Made by a program: the position numbers and the translations under genes. Shown here in pieces: positions 1 to 9,646 of a stretch of DNA of 58,249 nucleotides. Under the pieces are notes generated by a model that searched no databases, was not told the DNA's origin, and was given only the letters and a program-made list of their open reading frames with translations. The stretch is from Alphaproteobacteria bacterium (GTDB lineage Bacteria > Pseudomonadota > Alphaproteobacteria > RF32 > CAG-239), in contig JAGCXO010000032.1 in the NCBI GenBank assembly GCA_017961285.1, forward strand, positions 1 through 58,249, given 5' to 3'. How positions within the stretch are numbered: position 1 is the stretch's first letter; each line of letters begins with the position of its first letter.

Positions 1-724
1 GTGCCAAATCTTCTTTCGGAGTTGTATAAATGTTTATGTGCTCTTTTTTCAAACCTTGGTCAAGCCACCATTGAATGCGGTTTTCTTTCCATATTTCGTG
101 CCATTTTTCGTCTTCTCCGGGCTCGATAAAGAACTCTAATTCTGCTTGTTCAAACTCGCGAACACGGAAAATAAAATTGCGTGGGGTAATCTCATTACGG
201 AAAGATTTGCCGATTTGGGCAATACCAAAAGGCAACTTGCGTGAGGTAGAATCAACGACATTTTTGAACTGAGTAAAGATTGCCTGCGCGGTTTCGGGGC
301 GCAGATAGCCGAAGGATGAGCCGTCATCAACAGGACCGATTGCGGTTTTAAACATAAGGTTAAACGGACGAGGCTCCGTCAAATCAGTGGAGCCGCAATT
401 CGGGCATTTACCATCTATGTGGTCGGCACGAAAACGACTTTTGCATTTTTTACAATCAACCATCGGGTCAGAAAAAGTGTCTTCATGGCCGGAATAGTGC
501 AAAACTTTTTGGTTGGTCAAAATGGCAGAATCGAGCCCCTCAACGTCATCGCGTTCATAAACCATAGAACGCCACCAAGCAGCTTTGAGGTTATTTTTGA
601 GTTCAACACCAAGCGGACCATAATCATACACACCTTGCAGACCGCCATATATATCTGCATTTTGATAAATAAAACCACGGCGTTTGCACAAAGACACAAG
701 TTGGTCCATAGTTGTAGCAGGCAT
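1..724 (-). CDS. glyQS: Glycine--tRNA ligase, homodimeric alpha2 type (5' part; runs off the window edge)
   Basis: Not in the ORF track. Manual translation from ATG at 724: [84 protein letters not shown]; frame open to the window start. Confidence 0.95.
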   Translation of the reverse strand, partial: MPATTMDQLVSLCKRRGFIYQNADIYGGLQGVYDYGPLGVELKNNLKAAWWRSMVYERDDVEGLDSAILTNQKVLHYSGHEDTFSDPMVDCKKCKSRFRADHIDGKCPNCGSTDLTEPRPFNLMFKTAIGPVDDGSSFGYLRPETAQAIFTQFKNVVDSTSRKLPFGIAQIGKSFRNEITPRNFIFRVREFEQAELEFFIEPGEDEKWHEIWKENRIQWWLDQGLKKEHINIYTTPKEDLA

Positions 725-801
725 TGTTTTCTCCATTTGTATAAGATTTGTTAACTTATTTAGGTTATAAAGTATGTCTAGAAAAATAGCAAGCGGAGAA
801 A

Positions 802-1662
802 ATGCAAATGGTGAAAAAATTGAAGGTTGCCTTGATTTATGACTTTGATGGCACTTTGAGTACAACCGATATGCAGGACTATTGTCTTATTCCAAAGTTT
901 GGAATGTGTGCAAAAACTTTTTGGCAACAAGCTAACCAATGGTGGCACGACAACGATGCCGACCAGATTACAAGTTCTATGTATTATTTTGTGAAGATGT
1001 CAAAAGAGAAAAAAATTCCGCTTAGTAAGAAAGTTTTTGCAGAATGCGGTCGAAGTATTGAATATTTTTCCGGAGTTGAGGGCTGGTTTGATAGGATTAA
1101 TCGTTTTGCAAAGCATTTAGAGATTGATATTCAGCATTATGTTATTTCGTCGGGATATGAGGAGATTATTGAAGGAAGCTCTATTCGCAAGCACTTTAAG
1201 GAGATTTTCGGATGTGCTTATGCTTATAATGAAAAAGGGCATCCAATTTGGCCGGCAAGAGTTGTAAATTATTCTACAAAGCCTCAATATCTTTCTAAAA
1301 TCAGCAAAGGATTGAATAAATTTGAAGATAGAGCCGTAAATGAATTTATGCCGGATGAAAAACGTCCGATACCTTTTACACAGATGATTTATTTTGGTGA
1401 TGGAGAGACGGATATTCCTTCTATGACTTTGGTAAAAAAGAACGGAGGATATTCGGTTGCGGTCTATCGTCCCAAAAGCCATTGCAAAAGGACTGCTGTA
1501 AAGCTGTTGAGTGATGGCCGAGTTGATTTTGCTCTGCCGGCTGATTATAGTGAAGAAAGCCAAATTGATACCGTAGTCAAGACTATTTTGGTAAAGATGG
1601 CGACAGAGCGAGATTTGCAGGTTTTGAAAGAAAAAGAAGATAAAAAGAAAACAAAGGAATAA
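802..1662 (+). CDS. HAD-superfamily hydrolase
   Basis: Motif [10 protein letters not shown], motif II ISSG, motif [10 protein letters not shown]. Confidence 0.85.
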   Translation: MQMVKKLKVALIYDFDGTLSTTDMQDYCLIPKFGMCAKTFWQQANQWWHDNDADQITSSMYYFVKMSKEKKIPLSKKVFAECGRSIEYFSGVEGWFDRINRFAKHLEIDIQHYVISSGYEEIIEGSSIRKHFKEIFGCAYAYNEKGHPIWPARVVNYSTKPQYLSKISKGLNKFEDRAVNEFMPDEKRPIPFTQMIYFGDGETDIPSMTLVKKNGGYSVAVYRPKSHCKRTAVKLLSDGRVDFALPADYSEESQIDTVVKTILVKMATERDLQVLKEKEDKKKTKE

Positions 1663-1686
1663 CTTTTTAACAAAAGGCGGTGCATT

Positions 1687-2949
1687 ATGAACGTTACGGA
1701 AAAAGTTGCTATATTCAAGAAAGACTTAAAGAAAGGCAAGCTAAAACCTTTTAATGTTTGGGCTTTTATTTTCGGGTCTTTTTATTTCTTTTATACAGGG
1801 ATTTCCGTTTGGTATTTTTTCTTATTTTTTGTTTTTCCATGGGTTTTTACGGCGGCCTTAATTCCGCTATATCCTAATGTTTGGCTTTGGGCTGTCATAG
1901 GGTTGATTATCTCGCATATATGCGCCGGTTTTGTTGCCAATCCGGAAGGAAAAAAATATAAGGAAAACTTTATACAACAGTTTAAGAATGCTAAATTGGA
2001 TGCTGATGTTAAATATTTTAATATTTCGCCGTTAAGACTTTGGCTTTCATCATTCTTTACTCTCGGTTTGTATGATATTTATTGGAGCTATCGCAACTGG
2101 TCAGCTTATAAGAAAGCAACAAAGGATGACGTTGAGCCTTTGCTTATGGCTTTGTTTAATTTTTTGACCATATTTTCTTTGCAAAACAAAATTCAGCGCC
2201 TGTTGCCGGAAAGGAAAAAAATCAATTATGTGTGCGCAATATTGTATAGTGTGCTGTTTATATCGGGTGTTGTTGCCTATACATTGTCATTTGCTTTGAT
2301 ATCTTTGTTGTTGATGATAACATATGCTGTGCTTCCGACGTTGCTCATACCGATTCAAAAGAGTATTAACTCTATTTCCGGAAAAACTTCAAAAGAATAT
2401 ACAAAATGGGAAGTTGCGCTGTTGGTTGTCGGTGTTTGTTGCTTTTTATCAAGTTTGCTTTCTCCGTTGCCGCTGGAAGAAAGGCTGAGTAGCTTTAACG
2501 ATAAGCAACAGGCAGATATTGGCGAAACAATCGGCTTTGTTTATCGGCACGAACAAGGATATAAAAAGGTTTGCGCCGCAGAAGGATATGAGTTGAAAAA
2601 ATATCCGAAAGATTTTATGAATTTGTTCGGTAAAAATATTGAAGAATTGAAATCCGCTCTGCATTCCAGAGGAATTACTTTGGAAGAAATTATGAGTCAG
2701 GCAATGCCAGAAGAACTGAAAAATAAGATTTTGCTCAGTGTTTATGACGAGTTAAAGTCTTTGCGTAAAGCTGTGATTTTGAATATGATGGCCGACATGC
2801 AAAATATGTCTCCGGAAAAGGTTGCTTGGAAGGACGAATGGGAGGATCTGATTTCTTTTGAAGAAATATGCAATGTTTTTGATATGGGGGGAATTGATAT
2901 ATTGGAAAACAGCAGTGTAAAAGACTTTTTTAAGGATAAAAAGTTTTAA
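1687..2949 (+). CDS. Multi-pass membrane protein (DUF2628/DUF4234-like segments) with soluble C-terminal domain
   Basis: FNVWAFIFG and FFTLGLYDIYWSYRNW motifs, several hydrophobic segments, polar C-terminal domain. Confidence 0.55.
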   Translation: MNVTEKVAIFKKDLKKGKLKPFNVWAFIFGSFYFFYTGISVWYFFLFFVFPWVFTAALIPLYPNVWLWAVIGLIISHICAGFVANPEGKKYKENFIQQFKNAKLDADVKYFNISPLRLWLSSFFTLGLYDIYWSYRNWSAYKKATKDDVEPLLMALFNFLTIFSLQNKIQRLLPERKKINYVCAILYSVLFISGVVAYTLSFALISLLLMITYAVLPTLLIPIQKSINSISGKTSKEYTKWEVALLVVGVCCFLSSLLSPLPLEERLSSFNDKQQADIGETIGFVYRHEQGYKKVCAAEGYELKKYPKDFMNLFGKNIEELKSALHSRGITLEEIMSQAMPEELKNKILLSVYDELKSLRKAVILNMMADMQNMSPEKVAWKDEWEDLISFEEICNVFDMGGIDILENSSVKDFFKDKKF

Positions 2950-3011
2950 TCGTTTATCAGTATTTAAAACAGTGAAAGCAGATTCCATAAAAAGAATCTG
3001 CTTTCGTTTTT

Positions 3012-3254
3012 TTAGTGGCGCCCTCCTTGTTGTCCGCCACGGTGATGCTGTGGTGGTGGCGGAGGAGGAGGCGGTGTCGGCCGATGGTACCTATACCGCG
3101 GGGGCGGAGGTGTCGGCCGATAGTAATTGGTATAATAGCCGTAGCTGTTATACCTATACTGCGGCTGATAGGTCGGTCTTGTTATTACGACCTGATATGG
3201 TGTGCAGCTAGCCGCAAAAACTGCCAACACCAAGATAACTAATAAGTTTTTCAT
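3012..3254 (-). CDS. Small Pro/Tyr-rich lipoprotein
   Basis: MKNLLVILVLAVFAASC lipobox; repeated RPTPPPP. Confidence 0.65.
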   Translation of the reverse strand: MKNLLVILVLAVFAASCTPYQVVITRPTYQPQYRYNSYGYYTNYYRPTPPPPRYRYHRPTPPPPPPPPQHHRGGQQGGRH

Positions 3255-3421
3255 TTCTTTTTCTTTTTATTTTTATTTAATAATTTTTTTCAGTCTTGAT
3301 ACTATCATAAAAAAACTTTTTTGTCTATATTTTATTTTAAATTTTTGGGATTCAAGAAAATTTTGCATAAAATATTGTTAAAAACTGTGATAAATATTTG
3401 TAAAAATCAATAAGATATGCT

Positions 3422-4792
3422 ATGATTGGACAAAAGAAGAGAGAATCGGAGAGAGGAATGAACGGCGCAGATTTTAAAAGAATTGAGGATATAAAAAAGA
3501 AACACCCAAGAAAGCGTGTTCTTCAAAAGAATCTGTCAGCGCAAGTTGAGAGCAAGAAAGAGCAACCTAAAAAAGGAAGATGGTTAAAATATATTCCTTT
3601 TGCCATGCTCGGTTTTTCTTTGTTTGCAAAGAAAGCTGATGCGCAAACTCCGCAAAAAGCGCCAACACAAACAGTGGTAAAAAAAGCAGGACAGCCGGTA
3701 AAAGCTGATACTACATATTTTTATAATACCTCTTCTATGTATAATGAAATTATGAATATGGCAGTGGAAGAAGTTTTGGAAAATCCGGATTTTGTTAAAG
3801 ATGTTGCTAATGATGCCAAGTTTATTGCAGAAATTTCTAAGAATCCGGAAATTATAGCTGATATATGTGAAAAAGCGGGGATGAATACTATTGGAAATTT
3901 TGATATTAGCGGTTTTGATTGGACTCCCGGTTATCTCCAAGCATTAAAAGGCGGGAAAAACGCTAATACCCTAATCAAAAATATAAACCTAGTCAGAAAT
4001 GGGAATCCCGATGGCCGCAGTTGCCTTGGTGCTGTTAACAATGCCCTAAATAAAATAGATGCTGCTTGTTATGTCAGTACTGTGCATCAGGCTATTCCTA
4101 TGTTGCTATCTAATCCCAACTTGGTGAATCTTGAAAATGTGCCTTATGATTGCTATATATTCTTGCCTAACGGAACGGTAGGTGCTCAGGATGAGAACCC
4201 TGTTTATCCGAAGGTAGTAACCGGGCATATATGGCTGAAGCAAAATGTTAATGGGGTTGCAGAACAGGTCTATGGGCCAGAACATAGACCAGTGCCTGAA
4301 GATAGTATGAGAAACCGCAGAAACGATACATGGTATGGCGATGCTTATGTTTTTGCCCCAGCAGATAATATTGTAACTCGCGGCAATAATAATAATGCTC
4401 CAACTAAAGATGCGCCTAAAGCCGAAGATTTGTTATTGGTTCTTATGTCACAAAAACGCTACAAGGGCGATATAAAAGAAATGTTGATTATGCTCGGAGA
4501 AAAAGATCCGCAAACTTTGGCTGTTCTTTATATTGAGCATTCTAATCTGAAAAATATGTATGGACTTGATCAAATTGCCAAGCCTTCCAAGACAACAAAA
4601 ACGGCAAAGGTTACAAAAGAGCAAAGCAATAAACAACACATTGATGAAAATACAAAGGAAGACAAAGGCGATTCAGTAAAGCAGCATTTGACAAGAGCTG
4701 ATAAGCCTCTAAAAGCCCCAAGTGATAAAAGCAAATTGTTAAAGGCAAGAGATATTGCCGCGCTCATAAGCGATAGAAATAATCGAGTTTAA
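3422..4792 (+). CDS. Exported hypothetical protein, possible papain-fold (NlpC/P60/CHAP-like) Cys-His hydrolase
   Basis: 456-aa ORF; basic N-terminus, then hydrophobic segment and ADA|Q; SCLGAVNNAL and GHIW motifs. Confidence 0.45.
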   Translation: MIGQKKRESERGMNGADFKRIEDIKKKHPRKRVLQKNLSAQVESKKEQPKKGRWLKYIPFAMLGFSLFAKKADAQTPQKAPTQTVVKKAGQPVKADTTYFYNTSSMYNEIMNMAVEEVLENPDFVKDVANDAKFIAEISKNPEIIADICEKAGMNTIGNFDISGFDWTPGYLQALKGGKNANTLIKNINLVRNGNPDGRSCLGAVNNALNKIDAACYVSTVHQAIPMLLSNPNLVNLENVPYDCYIFLPNGTVGAQDENPVYPKVVTGHIWLKQNVNGVAEQVYGPEHRPVPEDSMRNRRNDTWYGDAYVFAPADNIVTRGNNNNAPTKDAPKAEDLLLVLMSQKRYKGDIKEMLIMLGEKDPQTLAVLYIEHSNLKNMYGLDQIAKPSKTTKTAKVTKEQSNKQHIDENTKEDKGDSVKQHLTRADKPLKAPSDKSKLLKARDIAALISDRNNRV

Positions 4793-4858
4793 ATAATGGT
4801 TTACAATCACGAGAAAATTAATTATATTGTCCTGTAGTTTTTTTAGGAGTGTTTTGTT

Positions 4859-5608
4859 ATGAATAAAATTTTAAATTATATAAAAAACGGTAAAGGCTGC
4901 GGTTTGAAGTTTTTGCTTTTATATTCTTTGATACTGTCGATTATTTTTGGTATAGAAATTAAGGTTTTGGGCGATAATTTTGTGCCTGAAATGCAGAGCG
5001 CTGCCGAAAAACTTTTGCCGGTTAAAATTGAGAATGGAACCATTATCGAGCCGAATAATGAGATAAAATCGGTTAATTTGAACTTTGGCGGCGTTATCTT
5101 TCCTCTCGTGCTCGATACTACCGTTGATACAATTGATCCGATTGGTTTGAACCCGGGAATTTATATTGCCAGAAAAGCACTTTATTCAGTCAGTGAAAAA
5201 GATATAAGAGTTATTGATTTTCAGGAAAATATGGACCTCTTGCAGGGAAATTATACTGACTTGTTTAAGAAAATTGTTTGGTTTATTTCTATTATAACTG
5301 TATTTATAGCTTGGATTATGCCTTTTGTCGGATATACTTTGTGTGCGGTTTTATATGCCTTTTGCGGACAATTTATTGCGAAAGTTAAGAAATTATCACT
5401 TGATTTTGCGGCGGCAATGCGTTTGGCTGTTGTTGCTTATTTGCCTACATTGTTAATCGTTCTTGCTTTGAATTTGGTTCGTCTGCATTTTTCATTTTGG
5501 TTTACGTCTACGGCAGTGCTGTTGTTGGAATATATCATAGTTTCTGCGATGCTGCCTGATGATAAACAAGAAAAACCGAAAGGAAATAAGGAAAACAAAA
5601 AAGGTTAA
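4859..5608 (+). CDS. DUF1189-like membrane protein
   Basis: N-terminal TM segment, beta-rich periplasmic region, three C-terminal TM segments. Confidence 0.5.
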   Translation: MNKILNYIKNGKGCGLKFLLLYSLILSIIFGIEIKVLGDNFVPEMQSAAEKLLPVKIENGTIIEPNNEIKSVNLNFGGVIFPLVLDTTVDTIDPIGLNPGIYIARKALYSVSEKDIRVIDFQENMDLLQGNYTDLFKKIVWFISIITVFIAWIMPFVGYTLCAVLYAFCGQFIAKVKKLSLDFAAAMRLAVVAYLPTLLIVLALNLVRLHFSFWFTSTAVLLLEYIIVSAMLPDDKQEKPKGNKENKKG

Positions 5609-5622
5609 CAAAATCCAGTTAT

Positions 5623-5661
5623 AAAAAAAATACCTCAAAAGCAATTTTGAGGTATTTTTTT
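5623..5661. terminator. Bidirectional intrinsic terminator
   Basis: A8-TACCTCAAAA-gcaa-TTTTGAGGTA-T7 between convergent genes. Confidence 0.85.
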
Positions 5662-5669
5662 ATAGAGTT

Positions 5670-6200
5670 TTAATATTGCAGCTTTTGCACAAAAAAATAT
5701 TCCATAACCGAGAAAATACCATAAACTATGACATATAATCCTATTATGGTGCTAATTGTCAGAACTCCGATGAATGGATATGCCAAAATTAGGAATGAAA
5801 ACAAAATCCCGATGATTCCGGTGGCAAGACTCCATACCCATGGCAACTGTATTTGGTGCAAACGATAGGCGCCGACAGACTGGATGACACCTATGGATAA
5901 GCACCCAATTGCAAATATAATCGGCAGAGTGGCGGCGGTTACTCCAAGATTGGTAACAAAAATAATGCCGATAAAAACATCCAATATACCTACAAAAAGT
6001 TCCCATCCGGACTGGAAAGAAAATGAGGTTACAATATAACCAATTCCGGCGATAATAAAAGCTATGCCTATGTAGAGCACCAATGCAAGCAGACTTGCCA
6101 ACGGATTTAGAATTATGAAAAATCCTAAAATTGTCATAATGATACCGATACACATGCGCCAAAACAGGATTTTTTTGATCGTTTGTTCTTTTTCAAGCAT
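5670..6200 (-). CDS. HdeD/DUF308 family membrane protein
   Basis: Repeated GIxxxILGxxxxxNP hydrophobic hairpins; about 6 TM segments. Confidence 0.8.
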   Translation of the reverse strand: MLEKEQTIKKILFWRMCIGIIMTILGFFIILNPLASLLALVLYIGIAFIIAGIGYIVTSFSFQSGWELFVGILDVFIGIIFVTNLGVTAATLPIIFAIGCLSIGVIQSVGAYRLHQIQLPWVWSLATGIIGILFSFLILAYPFIGVLTISTIIGLYVIVYGIFSVMEYFFVQKLQY

Positions 6201-6282
6201 ATTTATACCTCCTTATATATGTTGCTTTGAATAATATATAAGCATTTTTCAGGTGAGTTTTAGGAGGTGAGATTAAAAAAAT

Positions 6283-7002
6283 TTATAAGCCGCCATCCGG
6301 ATCATATGGTTTTTCATAATCGTCTTGATCTGATGAATTGTCTTGATAAGTCGGCCTGCTCTGCCGCTGAGGATATTGTGGTTGATAATATTGCGGCGAA
6401 TAATGCTGTGGAGGATATTGATATTGTTGCTGAGGATATTGCGGTTGCGAATATTGTTGATTTGCTTCCATTTCTCGCTGTTTTTGCTGTTTTAACATTT
6501 CTTCTTCTTGTTTGAGACCATAAATTGCATTAATCACCGTATCGCGAAATTCACGCGGTCTGTTAATGTCTTCAATATAAATTCGACTTTCGTCGTTGCC
6601 AACCTGAATGGCAACATCGGCCGCACCGAACAAGCGTTGGATTATGGATTGGGAAATCTGGACATCGTTTATCTGGGCAAGAGGTATATCTTTTTCTCTA
6701 ATATTGATGATACCGCGTCTGATATACACTCTTTGGTTGGTAACGGCATATATTTTGAGACGATTATCTATCCTTTTGTATATATAAGGAATTAAGAGGC
6801 AAAGACCTCCGACAATGGAAAGCGTTGTCAGCTTAAAGTTTTTGCCGAGCCAACTCACGGTTAAACCATTTACCGCGCCGGTGAATACCATCAAGAAAAG
6901 GATGATGGCTATCGACATAAACAACATGGGCAACACAAAAACTTTATAGCTGAAGTGAACCTCAATTTTTACATATTCGTTTGCTCTTAATATCTGCGAC
7001 AT
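6283..7002 (-). CDS. Bacterial PH-domain (bPH_2) membrane protein with Q/Y/P-rich tail
   Basis: Two TM segments, then YAVTNQRVYIRRGII..IPLAQINDVQISQSIIQRLFGAADV. Confidence 0.8.
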   Translation of the reverse strand: MSQILRANEYVKIEVHFSYKVFVLPMLFMSIAIILFLMVFTGAVNGLTVSWLGKNFKLTTLSIVGGLCLLIPYIYKRIDNRLKIYAVTNQRVYIRRGIINIREKDIPLAQINDVQISQSIIQRLFGAADVAIQVGNDESRIYIEDINRPREFRDTVINAIYGLKQEEEMLKQQKQREMEANQQYSQPQYPQQQYQYPPQHYSPQYYQPQYPQRQSRPTYQDNSSDQDDYEKPYDPDGGL

Positions 7003-7156
7003 ACGGCTGCCCTCTATATAACATTTATTTGATTATAAAATATTTTTTTTATTAACGCAATAATTTTGACTTATTTTTATATTATGTTATGATAAAAGCA
7101 AAAAAAATGAACTTTGAAACCATTATTTTCGTTTTAGACCTTGTAAGGAGGTTGTT

Positions 7157-7408
7157 ATGGATAAAATTTCGGAACTGCTGAGGGAAGCAAAGCCCTTATA
7201 TTTGAAACGCAAGCGCAGACGCAACCAGATGAAAATTGCTTTTACCGCTGTTGTGGCCGCGTTTATGTTTTTGGTTGTAATGCCGCAAAATATATCTCTT
7301 AGAGATGGTGGACAGTGGCTTGATTATGAACAATATATCTCCGCCGGTTCATCTATTGAGGATATGGGGCTGCCGGTTGATGAATATGGGTTGTTGATGG
7401 TCAGCTGA
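7157..7408 (+). CDS. Small single-TM protein, putative anti-sigma factor
   Basis: Basic N-terminus, one TM segment; TGATG overlap with the ECF sigma gene. Confidence 0.5.
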   Translation: MDKISELLREAKPLYLKRKRRRNQMKIAFTAVVAAFMFLVVMPQNISLRDGGQWLDYEQYISAGSSIEDMGLPVDEYGLLMVS

Positions 7409-7902
7409 TGAAGAATATTATCCTGGAAAATAAAGGGCTTATACGCTCGGTAATCCGCAAAATGACGGGGTCTTATAATGATGATATTGAGCAAGAAGTT
7501 TACATTAAAACTTGGCGCAATATGGATAATTATGAGGAGCAAGGTAAGTTTAAGCAATGGCTTTGCGCGCTTACGGCGAATGTGTGCCGCGACTATTTTC
7601 GCTCTAAATCAGTTCGTGAACAAAATGCGGCTGTCGATGATGAGGAAATTCTTGAAAATATCGCAACTCCGGCAACGCAAGAAGAACAATTGGATGCCAA
7701 AATGAGGCAGAAAATTATTTTGAAAGCCGTTGATGAGTTGCCGTATAAAATGCGCAGAGTTATTGAGCTGTATGAGTTTGAGGATATGCCTCTTGAAAAA
7801 ATTGCAAAAAAGCTCGGCGTTCCTGAGGGAACTGTTAAATCGAGACTTTTTAATGCAAGAAAAATACTTGGTCAAAAACTTTCGTTCTTAAAAGGAGAAT
7901 AA
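7408..7902 (+). CDS. ECF sigma-70 factor
   Basis: DDIEQEVYIKTW / FKQWLCALTANVCRD (region 2); EKIAKKLGVPEGTVKSRLFNARK (region 4). Confidence 0.93.
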   Translation: MKNIILENKGLIRSVIRKMTGSYNDDIEQEVYIKTWRNMDNYEEQGKFKQWLCALTANVCRDYFRSKSVREQNAAVDDEEILENIATPATQEEQLDAKMRQKIILKAVDELPYKMRRVIELYEFEDMPLEKIAKKLGVPEGTVKSRLFNARKILGQKLSFLKGE

Positions 7903-7904
7903 TT

Positions 7905-8357
7905 ATGAGAAATAAATTTTTGTTGTCATCTTGTTTGTCAGCAATGTTGGTTTTTGGGGCAAATGCTTTCGCTGTCGAAGATGTTGTGCCTGCAGATGTG
8001 CCGCCGGCTCCTCAACATCAACAATTTGAAGGGAAAAAAATGCACGAAATGCATCAGAAAAAATTGGCTGAAGATTTGGGCTTGACCGCCGAACAACAGG
8101 CAAAAGCCGAGGCCATTCGTAAAGCAGATTTTGAAAAAATGAAACCGCTCATAGAAGAGATGAAGGCTTTGCACGAGAAAATGGATAATATGAGAAAAGA
8201 AAATTTGGAGGCCTTTAAGGAAATTTTGACACCTGAACAAAAGGTGAAGTTTGAAAATATTATTGCTCAACATAAGGAAAAAATGGGAAATGCTCCAAAA
8301 CCTTATTTAGGTAAGCCCATGGGAATGGATAGAAGACATAAACTTCATAATCAATAA
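7905..8357 (+). CDS. Spy/CpxP-family periplasmic protein
   Basis: Signal peptide; two LTxEQ motifs (LGLTAEQQ, ILTPEQK). Confidence 0.85.
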   Translation: MRNKFLLSSCLSAMLVFGANAFAVEDVVPADVPPAPQHQQFEGKKMHEMHQKKLAEDLGLTAEQQAKAEAIRKADFEKMKPLIEEMKALHEKMDNMRKENLEAFKEILTPEQKVKFENIIAQHKEKMGNAPKPYLGKPMGMDRRHKLHNQ

Positions 8358-8361
8358 TGAT

Positions 8362-8392
8362 AAAAAAAGACCCGGCATGATGCCGGGTCTTT
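8362..8392. terminator. Bidirectional intrinsic terminator
   Basis: AAAGACCCGGCA-tga-TGCCGGGTCTTT between convergent genes. Confidence 0.85.
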
Positions 8393-8398
8393 AGTTTG

Positions 8399-9637
8399 TT
8401 AGCGGATATGTTTTACGGCAATATTAACGATATATTTCAGCCAACGAATTATAGTCTTTTGCTCGCGAACGCGCAACTGACTCCACCAATTTAAGCAACG
8501 ACGGAAGAATCCTTCTTTTGCCTTTGCGCTTCTTACTTCGCCTTTTTTGCTTGTTTGCGGGAGATTTGCCTCTTGTTCTTCTTTTGGGAGAATCTTTTCC
8601 CAACCGGAGAGTTTTTTGTTATATTTTTCCAAAATTCGGGCAATTTCATCATCCGGAACATAGGCGCCGTGAACGCGCTTTATCTCGCCATTTTGCGGCA
8701 AAAATAGTGCATCACCTCTGCCAAGTAAATCTTCTGCTCCAGGCATATCCAAAATTGTGCGCGAATCGAACTGCGATGCGACTTTGAAGGCCATTCTGGT
8801 CGGAAAATTGGCTTTTAGAATGCCGGTTACAACATCTACTGACGGTCTTTGGGTTGCCAATATGAGATGGATTCCGGCGGCTCGTGCTTTTTGCGCCAAG
8901 CGTTGAACGTGGTCATCAACATTTTTGTCGGCGGCAATAAGATCGGCAAACTCGTCAATTACGCAGACAATATATGGCAAAAATTCGCCTTTGTCGTTAT
9001 ATTCACCAATATTGCGGACCATTGTTTCTTCAAAAAGCCCATAGCGTCTTTCCATCTCGTCAACAAGATATTTCAAAACGGAAGCGGCTTGTTTGTTGTC
9101 GGTAACTACGGGGCCTAAGAGATAGCTCTTATCGTTATATACCGAAAATTCTATTCTCTTGGGGTCTATCAGGACAAACTTTAATTCACTCGGTTTTTTG
9201 ATGCTGATTAAGGATAGAATAAAGCAATTTAGGGCAACCGATTTTCCGGAGCCGGTGGTACCGCCAATCAACAAGTGGGGCATTTTAGCAAGGTCTGCAA
9301 ATACCGGTTTTCCGGCTATATCAGCTCCGATATAAAGTGGTAACGCTCCTTTTTGTTTTTTGAACTCTTCTGAGGCGACAACTCCTGAAAAATCTACTAT
9401 CTGCATGGTGTCGGCGGCAATTTCAAAGCCCAGTTTTTGGGTGCCGGCAATCGGCTCGACACGCAGTGATGTTACGCCCATTTCTCGCGCTATGTCCGGA
9501 AGAGAAGCAGTGATGTTTTTGATTTTGGTGCCGGCTTCGGGCAAAAACTCTATTTGTTTGACCATAGGACCGACATTTATTCCGGTAACTTCGCCTTTTA
9601 TCCCATAGTGAGAAAGTATTTCAGTTAAGTCTTGCAT
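8399..9637 (-). CDS. FtsK/SpoIIIE-family DNA translocase motor (alpha+beta domains only)
   Basis: DLAKMPHLLIGGTTGSGKS, LIDPKRIEF, VIDEFADL, LAQKARAAGIHLILATQRPSVDV; no N-terminal TM domain and no gamma winged helix. Confidence 0.9.
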   Translation of the reverse strand: MQDLTEILSHYGIKGEVTGINVGPMVKQIEFLPEAGTKIKNITASLPDIAREMGVTSLRVEPIAGTQKLGFEIAADTMQIVDFSGVVASEEFKKQKGALPLYIGADIAGKPVFADLAKMPHLLIGGTTGSGKSVALNCFILSLISIKKPSELKFVLIDPKRIEFSVYNDKSYLLGPVVTDNKQAASVLKYLVDEMERRYGLFEETMVRNIGEYNDKGEFLPYIVCVIDEFADLIAADKNVDDHVQRLAQKARAAGIHLILATQRPSVDVVTGILKANFPTRMAFKVASQFDSRTILDMPGAEDLLGRGDALFLPQNGEIKRVHGAYVPDDEIARILEKYNKKLSGWEKILPKEEQEANLPQTSKKGEVRSAKAKEGFFRRCLNWWSQLRVREQKTIIRWLKYIVNIAVKHIR

Positions 9638-9646
9638 TGTATCCTC

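Noticed and set aside
75-754. Track ORFs 75-272, 136-330, 419-754 and 517-699
   Set aside because: All are alternative frames over the glycyl-tRNA synthetase gene.
2972-3242. Plus-strand ORFs with poly-Glu/Arg tracts
   Set aside because: Antisense shadows of the Pro-rich lipoprotein gene, which has a lipobox.
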